Assembly: GCF_002113885.1 (NCBI RefSeq)
Contig: NW_018408532.1
Coordinates: 606,685 to 670,684, forward strand
Source of the DNA: Mizuhopecten yessoensis
Lineage: Eukaryota
Length of the DNA stretch: 64,000 bases
Direction of reading: 5' to 3'
Below the pieces are notes generated by a model. That model was not told the origin of the DNA. It saw only the letters and a list, made by a program, of their open reading frames with translations, and ran no database searches. Position numbers and translations under genes: made by a program. The stretch's first letter is position 1; the number at the start of each line of letters is the position of its first letter. Shown piece after piece: positions 53,864 to 64,000 of the stretch.

Positions 53864-56800
53864 GGGCCGGTTTCCAAAACGGCCCCTTCTCTGATTCAAA
53901 TTTCCTGTTGGTGGTGCATTGCACATGCCGTTGTGGTCACAAATCTATAAAGTATAAAGATTTAGGTCACTTGGTTTGTTTTTTATGGCTCCTCAAAGTT
54001 GTACCTTTCAGAAGCTGTCTAAGTGTTGATAAAATGTGCATGTTATGTAAAATATTAATGAAAATCTAATCAAATGATGGTCACCGTAAAGAATACATTC
54101 ATGGCATGATTGTGACAAAAAATCATGTTTCCATCGCGCCATTTGGCTGTTTTATGGAAGAAACAATCTCAAAAATGCCATTTTCGATGATAACATTTTA
54201 GACACAAAAACTGTGTTTTTTAGAGAATACACCCTTTTATGGGCGTTGGATGCAAACCAATTTTTATCCTATTAAACAGTACGTAATATGCTATTGATGA
54301 GAGGAAAAATCATCAAAATGTAAGTGGTGGAACATTTTCAAATGTTGGGTTGAATTAGCCTATGGTTGAATTGCCGATTTTCGACTTTCTTTAGATAATT
54401 AACAAAAAAACGAGAGTATTTGCTCGGTATGTTGAGAATATGTACACAGATATGAAAAAAAGTGAGAGAAACACTTTTTCATAAAAAAAATCCAAGATGG
54501 CTACTTCACAAGTCCCCGTGGTTGAAGACATTGGCTGACAAATAGACAGAACAACAAACAAAACGTGTTCCTTATGATTTTGGTTGGTTTTCGCATTTAC
54601 GGGAGTGTTCATAGCTACGGGCGATTGTATAATACCTATATTTATAAGTTTGGTTAGTCACATGGTAACGGGGATCTTTCATATCGAGCCCCAAACATAC
54701 TTTCGACATATGCACTCCGTTGCCGCATGGAAAACTATTTCAAGTTTTGTCGGAATTTCTTTACCTGTGGTTGTAATGGTCGAGGGTTTTCCAGCGTCCT
54801 GTAATACCCAAGGTAGTACAAGATACTGGAGATGTGCGCACACATTCCCATCGTTCTCTCTCCAACTGGGCACTGGCAGTAGTAGTCCTTTATTGGGGCC
54901 TCAACATCGGGTGAAACGGTGAACCGTATCCAAACGTTATATTTCGTTTGGCTTTTGTGTCGAGAATGTATTTGACATCGGAGAAGGTCTGGGGAGTGCT
55001 GGTAAAGCCACACCTCATAGTCTCCGTCATCACTTAAATGTTCGGCGATGTAACCAGGAGCCAGAGATATCTGATACGTTCCACACGTAATGGTTCTCAA
55101 GTAATCAAGATCGAGACGGGGAAACAGTACGGAAGATGCATCCATCTTGACAAACTCGGACCTTGCCCGTCTAGATAGATCCGGATCTGTCTTGACTCTC
55201 TGAGCTAAACCATTCGGTGTTGTCAAACGGTCCTTCATACGTTCAGCCATTAGCCTATCTTTGGCATCTCTCTCTGGAGATCTCTGGTAGATCGGTCCTC
55301 TAATACCATTCAGACAGGCTGTGACGGTTCGAAGCAAAGCCTCGATGACATTGATAAAGCTGTTAGACACCAATTGCGTTCGGAAGAACGTCCAGTGTTT
55401 CAGACGACCATGATAGGATTCCACAATCCACCTCGATTTGGTGATAGTTCTGTCAAGATTTGCTTGGACGTCAGAATGTTGACTTTGACCGGGTTTCAGG
55501 TATGACGGCATGCTAGCATTGAGGCCAGAGGCTTCGAGAACTGGTAGGACATCTCTAAAACCTCGGTCAACGACAACGTTGTCGTCTGGTTGTAGCCAAG
55601 TAACTAGCTTGTCCATGACTTTTTTTGTAATTGTAGCATCATTTTCGCTGCCAGTGAATGGTCCTACTGTGTCCAGAATGTAGCCATCTGGTAAGGCGAT
55701 GCTCATGAATTTGAGATAGTTTCTCTTCTTCTGGCCACAGTAGGACATTCTCTGGAGCTTGTGGTCGGAGCTTTTCTGGATATAAATATAGGTGCCATCT
55801 AATATGGCAGTGGCTTTATCTCCAAAAAATGCTTCTGAAAAGACAGTATTGTGCCCGAGCAACTGTTCTCTTGTCAAGTGATCCGGACCTAGAAATTGTG
55901 GGACTATCGATGTGTCTAATGCCTGTACTATGGAGTGGAAAGTTTTGGACACACTTGACTTGGAAATTCCAAAAAGAGAAGAACACTGACTCCAGGAAAT
56001 GTCGGTTTTCAGTTTTACCCAGAACAGTAATAGAGCATCGTGTGTAGTCTTGGTATATATACCAGATGAAAGATATGGGGAACAGTGCGAGTGGATTTCG
56101 AGGAACTGATCTTTGGACCAACCTGTCCAGGCCATGCATGCCGAGTCATCAAGAGAAGAAAAGCTTATTGTAAACGCAGACTGGTTCTGTGAAAGGACGT
56201 GCGACACCTCTAGGAGGTCATTAATGATTTCGGACGATTTTGATGGTAACTGAGATTCCAAGGAACCTCTACCATCAAGGACAACCTCTGTAGACGGATC
56301 TAAGTCGTTACCAATAAGGTGAATGGAGCAGACGCGGGATGAGGTGGGACACCACAGTTTGTGTGAATAGATCAGGTGATGTCTTGCACGTTTTGGTAAG
56401 ACTGATGATTTTGTTCCATTTCTTGCAAAGGTAACAAGACAGAGACAGCATTTTTTGTGTGAAGATGATCCATTCAAAAGATCATGAAGGGTCAGCAACG
56501 GCAGGATATGGGACGGGGAGTCGTCTTCTTCCTCTATTTCCTGGTTCTGCTCGGGTTCAGGTTCAGGCTGATTTTTGTTCCGAAGATACTTCATGTAGCA
56601 CTTCTGGCAAATAAGTGCTTGTTCCTTTGCTGACATCAATCCTTGTTGCACCAGCGTATCTAGGAGCCATTTATATTGTGGACTATTTACATTGCGTGCA
56701 CTTCTGTTCTTATTGCCACTACGTTTCTTGAAGTATACTTGACACCCTTCTCCAACACATTTACCCTCCATCTTGAAACAATAACGATTGGTTTATGAAG

Positions 56801-57935
56801 CGTCGATAAAGTAACAAAATAGCAAGCCACCGATGATTGCTGTAAACAGCTAATACTTAGTAGTTTGGTACAATTATGCGAAAATGTGTGATAAATAACG
56901 AACAACTAATTACACAAAATAACAAGACAATATAATAAATCACATTCAATACCTCCAAGAAGCGCAGAATTGATTGATTACTTAGAACAAAATAAAGTAT
57001 TTCATATGGATAATCTATCTATTCGATGTGGCGTGGTCGGCAGGCACAAAGAAAGTGAGACAAGTCAGGGTCCCAACCCTGACAGAGCCACAACGCTTTG
57101 GAGATGGGACAATAAAACAAGGAAAGTGAGACAAGAATAGCTAGCGTCGAGTCAATGATTCCGTAAACGTATAGACAAAGACAAGAAGATACGGATAAAT
57201 GTACAAGGCCACACGATCAGAAAATTCAGAAGAGGACAACTTGAGATAGAACAGTATTCATGTATCAGGGTGTCCTCAGTGTAAATCTTTATATCGATAC
57301 TGTTTATTTAGTCGTTACACATCATAAAACTGTCATGAAAATATCCGCTCTGATATTCAATATAAAAGTTTGTATATAATAAGCTATATAATAGGGTTTC
57401 AGACAAGGTTGTTACTCATTTCCCCTTTTCTTTCAATTTACAACCACATTCAGGCGGCGATATGAGAACGTTCCACCACATGGAATTAGCTGATTTTTGG
57501 TACACATATGAAACAAGTAAAGCTCTATCCGATTTTCTGATGGAAATTTGCATCCAAAACTATATAACGGGAGAAAATTGCAATTTTATGGCATTTTTCT
57601 TCATAATTGTGTCTCTGCAAGTGCATTTTCATCCGAGAATTTTTTTTTTTTTTTTTTATGAATAAACACGATGTTTTGGAAATATTTATCAAAAGAAATT
57701 TATACTATGTTGCGAATTACAATTTCGAGATAACCTTCTTTTATTTACGAACTTATGTCTTTGATGCTGAAATTGACAACTTTATAAAAATATATTTTCA
57801 CTGAAATTATGAAATCTGGGTGTCGGAAAGGTGTAAAATTATTCTTCGGAAAAGAAAAAAACAGTAGTTGAGCTAGATAAGAAATTATACGGGGGCAGGC
57901 TCCTATGGAGAATTAACATTACTGGAAACAGGCCC
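53864..57935 (-). mobile_element. Putatively autonomous cut-and-paste DNA transposon, 4072 bp, PIF/Harbinger-ISL2EU-Spy (IS5-related) group
   Basis: 13-bp TIRs GGGCCGGTTTCCA (53864-53876) and TGGAAACAGGCCC (57923-57935) have 1 mismatch. The element is flanked by AAA and TTT and holds a single intact transposase ORF. Confidence 0.85.
54735..56771 (-). CDS. DDE transposase (DDE_Tnp_4-type) with N-terminal Cys-rich Zn-finger motifs, HTH and C-terminal SWIM zinc finger, 678 aa
   Basis: Intact intronless ORF. Catalytic-type motifs ILDGTY, NDA, VVDRGFRD and RWIVESYHGRLK. HTH-like LLLFWVKLKTDISWSQCSSLFGISKSSVSKTF. SWIM CQCPVGERTMGMCAH (CxC...CxH). N-terminal CxxxxC, CxxC, CCLC and CxxH motifs. Confidence 0.93.
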   Translation of the reverse strand: MEGKCVGEGCQVYFKKRSGNKNRSARNVNSPQYKWLLDTLVQQGLMSAKEQALICQKCYMKYLRNKNQPEPEPEQNQEIEEEDDSPSHILPLLTLHDLLNGSSSHKKCCLCLVTFARNGTKSSVLPKRARHHLIYSHKLWCPTSSRVCSIHLIGNDLDPSTEVVLDGRGSLESQLPSKSSEIINDLLEVSHVLSQNQSAFTISFSSLDDSACMAWTGWSKDQFLEIHSHCSPYLSSGIYTKTTHDALLLFWVKLKTDISWSQCSSLFGISKSSVSKTFHSIVQALDTSIVPQFLGPDHLTREQLLGHNTVFSEAFFGDKATAILDGTYIYIQKSSDHKLQRMSYCGQKKRNYLKFMSIALPDGYILDTVGPFTGSENDATITKKVMDKLVTWLQPDDNVVVDRGFRDVLPVLEASGLNASMPSYLKPGQSQHSDVQANLDRTITKSRWIVESYHGRLKHWTFFRTQLVSNSFINVIEALLRTVTACLNGIRGPIYQRSPERDAKDRLMAERMKDRLTTPNGLAQRVKTDPDLSRRARSEFVKMDASSVLFPRLDLDYLRTITCGTYQISLAPGYIAEHLSDDGDYEVWLYQHSPDLLRCQIHSRHKSQTKYNVWIRFTVSPDVEAPIKDYYCQCPVGERTMGMCAHISSILYYLGYYRTLENPRPLQPQVKKFRQNLK

Positions 57936-58439
57936 TTTAACTGTAAAATTGTGATCTGGAACGAATATTTTGCACCTCTGAAGTGATATAAATTGCGTCT
58001 GCCTCACAATGAAGTGACGTAACAATGATTGTTCCTATTCGATTGTGACGTCATTTCCGGAGTGATGTTACACACGTTACATAACCATCATTTATCACAT
58101 AATGTACTATGTTATCCAGTGAATATACTGATGTCATATTTTTTTGCGTATAAGCCCATGTAATATGACCTATCAGCCCTGTGTTTCAATTGTGACGTCA
58201 CACCTTGGACAAGTACATGACTTCACAGCCTTACGCACTGGAGTCTCAAAATGACGACTTTTTACATTTCAAGGTTGCTTGAAAATTGTCGTTTAACACG
58301 AATAAATGCCACAAATAGAAAAATTCTTAGACTCGTTTCATACATATCATATGAAATGGAAACTCATGTAAGATCCTATATTTATGTGATGGTTTTATTA
58401 CACTGCATAAAACAGTATTCAATTTTGCTCACGGAAGAA

Positions 58440-58484
58440 AAATAATAAACTTCCTCTAATTACATTAGAGGAAGTTTATTATTT
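58440..58484. repeat. Perfect 21-bp inverted repeat with 3-nt loop
   Basis: AAATAATAAACTTCCTCTAAT-TAC-ATTAGAGGAAGTTTATTATTT. Confidence 0.92.
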
Positions 58485-59909
58485 AGATTTCCATAAGTAC
58501 TCAACGCATTGCCCCGCAAGAAGATACTTATATTCTCGTGGGATATATAAAACATGCTCAGGTTTTTTTTACTTATTCATAAGAGATAATTAAGAAATGG
58601 TGTGTAATAGTCCCATGTCATTTTAGTTTTAAACCTGCAACTAGAAGCATTGAGATCTTTATTTGATCATTAAGTATTTAATGTACTAGCTGAAGTTTTT
58701 AACCGGAGATCCAGTTTAACACACACAGACGCTTAAGGCTTTATTGTACCTATGTAAAACCCACGGCGGATTATTTTTAATGCTGCAGTCACCTCCGTCA
58801 TAATTCTTGTGTATTGCTGTAAGTATTCATTGTTTCCTTAGGGGAGTGCTATATAACCATCTTTACTGAACCACATTCCTGACAAACTCTAAACAAAACA
58901 CTTGTAATGCAAGGATCTGAATGTTATCGCCAGTCTTTGGTACAAAACATTGCATGATGGAGTATAATGTGCTATGAATACTGTAGTGGATAAACCTGAA
59001 CCTTATCTTTGGTATAAACCATTGTATAAGATAAAACAGTGTGTGTATATACGAAATACGCAGGGTATGTTTCTAGGGATCAATTCTTACTCTTTCTTTT
59101 GTACACAGCATATTTTGGAATATATATGTTTTATGTATATTGCTGGAAATCAAGTCAAGTTCCCTTTTGTACAAATATAACATTGTATACTATATGGAGT
59201 AATGATATCAAAATCTTGCAAAAAAAGTACGAATTATGGACAGAAGATACAAACATGTTAGATCTGTGCATCGAGATATTTACTCCAACCTTTTTACATT
59301 GTTTCAGAAAGCATTGTTGTATTGTTCTGTGAACACAAAGACCAAAAGCATGTGGTTTGACATCTGTCACATGGTGCTATGCCAGGATTGTTTTTTAAAG
59401 TGATATTTCCAACACAACATTTTCGATGTGTCAGCGCATGATATAAACACGTGCAGTTTATTGTATATCATACACACATGCATATACAATGTTTGTTGCA
59501 AAATTTTGTACGCACGCGATCTATTTATACCCGTTGAGATTGCCTCTTTATTCCTCACTCGAGAAAAAACAACATTGTACGTATGGTGTACTCAGTATCG
59601 TTATTAACATTTCTGGTTATCAACATTGATGCCCGCGTTTCGCCAAGTACGTAACAATTTCAGTACAGATCAAGCGGAGACAGGGGCTCATGTTATCGAC
59701 ATATTTACACGTTACACTTCTATCAATGGCCGCCAACAGTTTTAATTAGAAAAAAAGATAACAACCTTTCTCTCGTAGTGTGATGTTTTACAAAAAACAA
59801 ACTAGATCTCTACGTTATTTCTGGATAGGAAGAACTCACCAACATTCTTCATATAATGCTTTACTTCCTATAAAATTTTGACATCAACAGAACGACGGGT
59901 GCCGTCAAA

Positions 59910-60057
59910 TTGTTTCGTTTGTTTGTGTTTTACCTCCTATTGTCAGCTATGGTCATTGAAGAACTTGACAGGTGGTGGTGGTGGTGGAGGAAAGCCGGAG
60001 TTCCCGGAGAAAAAACACCAACCTACTGCCAGTAACTGGCGACTGCCCCATGTAGGC
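59910..60057 (-). mobile_element. 5'-truncated SINE (conserved core plus (AAAC)n tail)
   Basis: The minus-strand core GGTGTTTTTTCTCCGGGAACTCCGGCTTTCCTCCACCA is related to the core at 23.8 kb. It is followed by a 3' segment ...ATGACCATAGCTGACAATAGGAGGTAAAAC and an ACAAACAAAC tail. There is no tRNA head. Confidence 0.75.
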
Positions 60058-62739
60058 CTCATACAGTCTCTAATAAAGTCATTGGTGTTAATATCATTGG
60101 GGTTTGACGTATCCTAAATATAAACCGAAGTCAAATGTTAAATGTTCTACGGAGATTTCTTTGTTTATTTTCATATCATTTCATAATTAAAATGTCTTTG
60201 CTTCGATATCTTGTTTACAAGTACCAATTAGTTAAGCAGTTATGTGCAGGTGTTTTCAAGCAGTTGGAATGTAATTACCGTATGATTGCTTTGGCGATAG
60301 AGTTGTTATTCTTAATGTTTTGATAAATTGCTTTTATCCAAATCCTTTTTAATTTTCAGTACTTTTTACAATTTATTATTGTAATCACTGCCAACAGGTT
60401 GACACCAGTACATATATATACATATAGTTCATTGTCCTGGCACGGCATGGTAACGTTTGGCAATGGACTGGTGATGCCGTCTCGGTACCGTCGTAGAATC
60501 AAGACAACTTCCTGTTGTTATTAAATTTATAAACACATAGCAAAGGGATGAATCTAACTTCCGGTGTAATGCCTTCCTTCATAATCTTACCGAATATAAT
60601 ATGGCGGTGTCGGTTATGAAGGGAATATCATCCCGGTATTATACATGTTATTGTAAATTACACAAATTAAAACAATAAAAAAACAGGACCATATACACAT
60701 TCTAACATATTAATAAAAAAAATAAAAAATAAAAACAAACATTACTCCAATACTGAAAAATGGCATTTTGATAACGACGTAAGGTACCCGGTACTATTCT
60801 CATTGTTTTCCGACTTTTTTGACGTCCAATTGATAAAGCATAAATCTGTCAGTGCATAGTGAATATAAACCGAAATCTTGACACAAAAAAATATATGTCT
60901 TTTTATGGGAATATAGAACGGTCTGTTTATGAAAAATAAATGCAGACACCCTGACAAGAACGCACGAACGACAGTCTTTCGTGATTATCGGGACCCTGAA
61001 ATGAACGAATCTGCGACCAACTACGGAAAACATATATTAGCAAACTTGATATGAACGAACCTTTTTGTCAATTTACGGGAATACTGAACGGAAACGCTAA
61101 GTGAAAAAACTCTTTGTCTGTCAAGGGAGACGTTAAACAGGAACGCTGACGTGAACCAACCTATGCCTGTTTTAGCGTTGTATATACCGGAAAGCTAAGG
61201 TGCATTCCTTCATAAACCTGCGACGGCACTGCAGTACTTAGGTCTGGGATATTTATCTATAATATAATAATGTAATCTCCATATTACGTTGTCTTCTGGC
61301 AGATAGTCCACAAGACGGAGTTGTGTACACTGGGAGTATCTCTCTTTACGTCATCTATTGGTTTCCATAGTGTAAAATACACAGAAAACAGACAATTCAA
61401 TTAGTTTAAATGATTGCTTTTGGAGAAAATGCAATTTGGAATCTATGCTAACACCATGCCAACATTAAATCAGACTTGGAATATCTCCGATTTCCAGCGG
61501 GAAGTCGATGACATTGATCCTATGTTACCAAATCTTTACCGAATAGCGTAAGCGTCAAGTATTCCAAATTCCGGAGACGCAGCTACGCCGGTTCCTTTAT
61601 TAGAGATCAAACTAATGCTGTGAAAACTACAAACATTATAAATCCTGACACATTTAAACGCCAGAGGCTAAGCAGTGTAGATCAAGCCGTGAAGCATCTT
61701 TAAGTAAACGATTAGCCTGTATGTTAGAGGGATCAGACACGCCACAGTGACGGGATTAGAAACAGCATGCAAGGGTGAGGTGTTAACCTAGTGTTAAATT
61801 TGAAACAATTTCTTGCCTGACGTTTGGAAATTAGTCACAACATGGAAAGCTAACGAAATTTAAATCAGGGATGCAACAGTGTGAAACATAGCAGTGATGC
61901 AATCTAAAAGTCTATTTCAACAAGCTTACGGAGGTGACTGTGTGATAAGCTATTCCTGTTTGAAATTCCTTGTAAAGAGGCTAACAACATACAGTTAAGT
62001 ACATTGAAGTACAATAAGTAAGGGTGACCCAAGTGCCTTACCTGCCACCTTTCCAGCATTGGTCTATATACGGGTAGAAACTTCTACCCATCTCCTCCGT
62101 TGGGAGCGCTGCTTTTTCCTATTTTATCACAGAACAAAACTGTGGCTACCAAACCGGATTCTAACATGGGAGATGTCTTACTTTTCATTGGTAAAATTAA
62201 ACTCTTACGTCACATGTCTTAGATACAGTGCATAGAAACCAATAAACCAAAACATTGGTAAAATTGCCATTTCTTAACAACCTTTTAGGCGTCCGCTTGA
62301 GGTTGATATGAATGTGAAGACCGTGCCCTTCATATTGTCTTCTTTGTAAAGCAGGTTTCCGTTTTGATTCTTCTGGAGTTATTTATACACATGAACAAGC
62401 ACTTTTAAACGAGAAATGTGTCTCTCATTTTCCTTTCGGTACTTTAGATCCTCACAGAACAATCGTTCGTTTGAAGCTCGTGTAATCGCGACAATAAGTA
62501 TTGGCTGAACCATTCACACCTAACACTATATAAACATCTCTCAGCCCAGTTATAATAAACCTTAGCATCAACTCGTTACTACAAAGTTCTTTTGTTAATG
62601 GCATCTGTTTACTAGTGTCTTTTTTGCTTATTACTAACGGCCTCTGGTTCCCGGACCCTGGTTCCCGGGCCCTAGTTATTGGCTTCCGTTGATCAGTTCG
62701 AGGTAGGGTTAACGAGGATTTGGCGGACGTGCAGCTTAC

Positions 62740-62799
62740 CATGCATATTTCGCGATCGCGAATGTTTTTGACGTTAGGGTACATGCGCATAGCTGTCAT
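62740..62799 (-). other. Possible first coding exon portion (MTAMRMYPNVKNIRDREICM) of an unidentified minus-strand gene
   Basis: ATG in context ACATCATGA, 20 codons, then a phase-0 donor ATG|GTAAGC in a locally GC-richer patch. No homology recognised. Confidence 0.25.
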
Positions 62800-64000
62800 G
62801 ATGTCGTGGGAGTTAGATAGAACAGGCTAGACCTATCTCCCCGACCAAGAGTCGCGTTACACCTTTCAGTATGCGCCTATTCAGTGGGCTGCATCAGAAA
62901 GAGCGTTGCTGTCTAGTTGGAGGCGATCTCGTGCAACCCTGAACAGTTTTTATTGTTTTAAAGGGAACACACTAACACTTTCAAAGATTGATAGCTCTTT
63001 TTTCTATCAGTTTTTTCGTTTGTACTTTGTAAATCTGCACACACGCACCGTTGTTAATGCAGACATTTAAAAATTGGGCGTTCACATGCAAGAAGGCGTA
63101 ACACGTCCAGTTCTTTGAAAACATTGACTCTACAAGTACACACTACATATGGTGTTTGGGAATACGTGATGTTTTGATACGTCACTTTATAGTACACAAC
63201 ACATCAGTTCACAAATAGTACGCCGGCTTTGATTATTCCGACAATGAAACGACCATCGGGTTTTAGTTATGCATATACATAAATATTCAAAGTTTTGATA
63301 GTAACGTTTAGAAAAGTATTCAGTTTTTTTTGTATATGTTAGCTATGTTACGAACTCAGATTTTAAATAAAGTTATTGACATTAACATATGTATATACCT
63401 AAAAATATTTTCCAATAAAAATGTTAATATTTAACTAACGGACAAAACTGTTACAGATCCCGTAGATAAACTCTCATCAGCTGTTTTGTTCATTACAATC
63501 CATTTTCATGTATATATTAATATTAATAACGTGACTTTAAACGTACTTTGCTCGGTATGGACCGTTACACGTGTCGTCACTCGGTACATTTACTTCTTGT
63601 GCGTCTGGCTTTGTTAAAGACCGTCAGTGTCTGCAACAGTCGTGGAATTAATGAACTCGTAGAGCTCTCGCACTTTAAACATACACAAATATTAGTGTAT
63701 AACTTTCTGTACGGAATACCTTAATTATAACTTTTCCAGACATTGTATGTAGACAGGGCAATATACGGTTTCGGAAAGATGGCTTGCCACCCTGTTCAGT
63801 ATTTCTTGCTTCTTTTCGAAAACCAAACCAAATTCCCAGTTGGCATATAAAAAGAAAAAGACAACTTTTGAAAAATAGGGCCAACCAGAGCAATAATTCT
63901 TTCCATTGCCAAAGGGAGCAATTGAAAACGTGGCTATCCAAAACTCTACCCTAGAGAATTTACGAATTAGAACTAACATCTGTATTACGATCGGTAACAT

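Larger units (their letters stand above)
53698..58380. mobile_element. Older non-autonomous DNA element (~600 bp without the insert) interrupted by the autonomous transposon
   Basis: The left end TAGAGGATCTGTCATAAGTTTC...TATGATACAAGTTTAG resembles the reverse complement of the right end, TATAGGATCTTACATGAGTTTC...TATGAAACGAGTCTAAG. The left arm has an internal hairpin (TGATACAAGTTT...AAACGAGTATCA). Confidence 0.45.

Noticed and set aside
54584-56139. ORFs overlapping or antisense to the transposase (54584-54922, 55816-56139, 55829-56047)
   Set aside because: They are shadow frames of the real CDS with no recognisable motifs.

Overview
This is AT-rich eukaryotic (metazoan) DNA, mostly intronic or intergenic. 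The SINE, MITE and minisatellite types and the abundant TACATGTA motif suggest a mollusc, probably a bivalve (inference). Only one long intact ORF exists: a 678-aa intronless DDE transposase (54735-56771, -) with DDE_Tnp_4-type motifs and a C-terminal SWIM finger. It lies in a ~4.07-kb element (53864-57935) with 13-bp TIRs, sitting between host AAA and TTT with no target-site duplication and apparently nested in an older non-autonomous element. Other mobile DNA: a 5'-truncated, frameshifted CR1/L2-group LINE with a structured 3' end (~345-2250), two SINEs, a 123-bp TG...CA element containing a tRNA-like cassette, a ~325-bp fold-back MITE and an 83-bp TTAA MITE. More than a dozen tandem arrays are present, five built on 28-29-bp periods, including a 2.9-kb array that changes stepwise from 58-bp to 29-bp to 52+29-bp units. 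A few isolated exon candidates exist, but no host gene could be assembled. There is no CRISPR array, rRNA or convincing functional tRNA. Almost all other listed ORFs are spurious.
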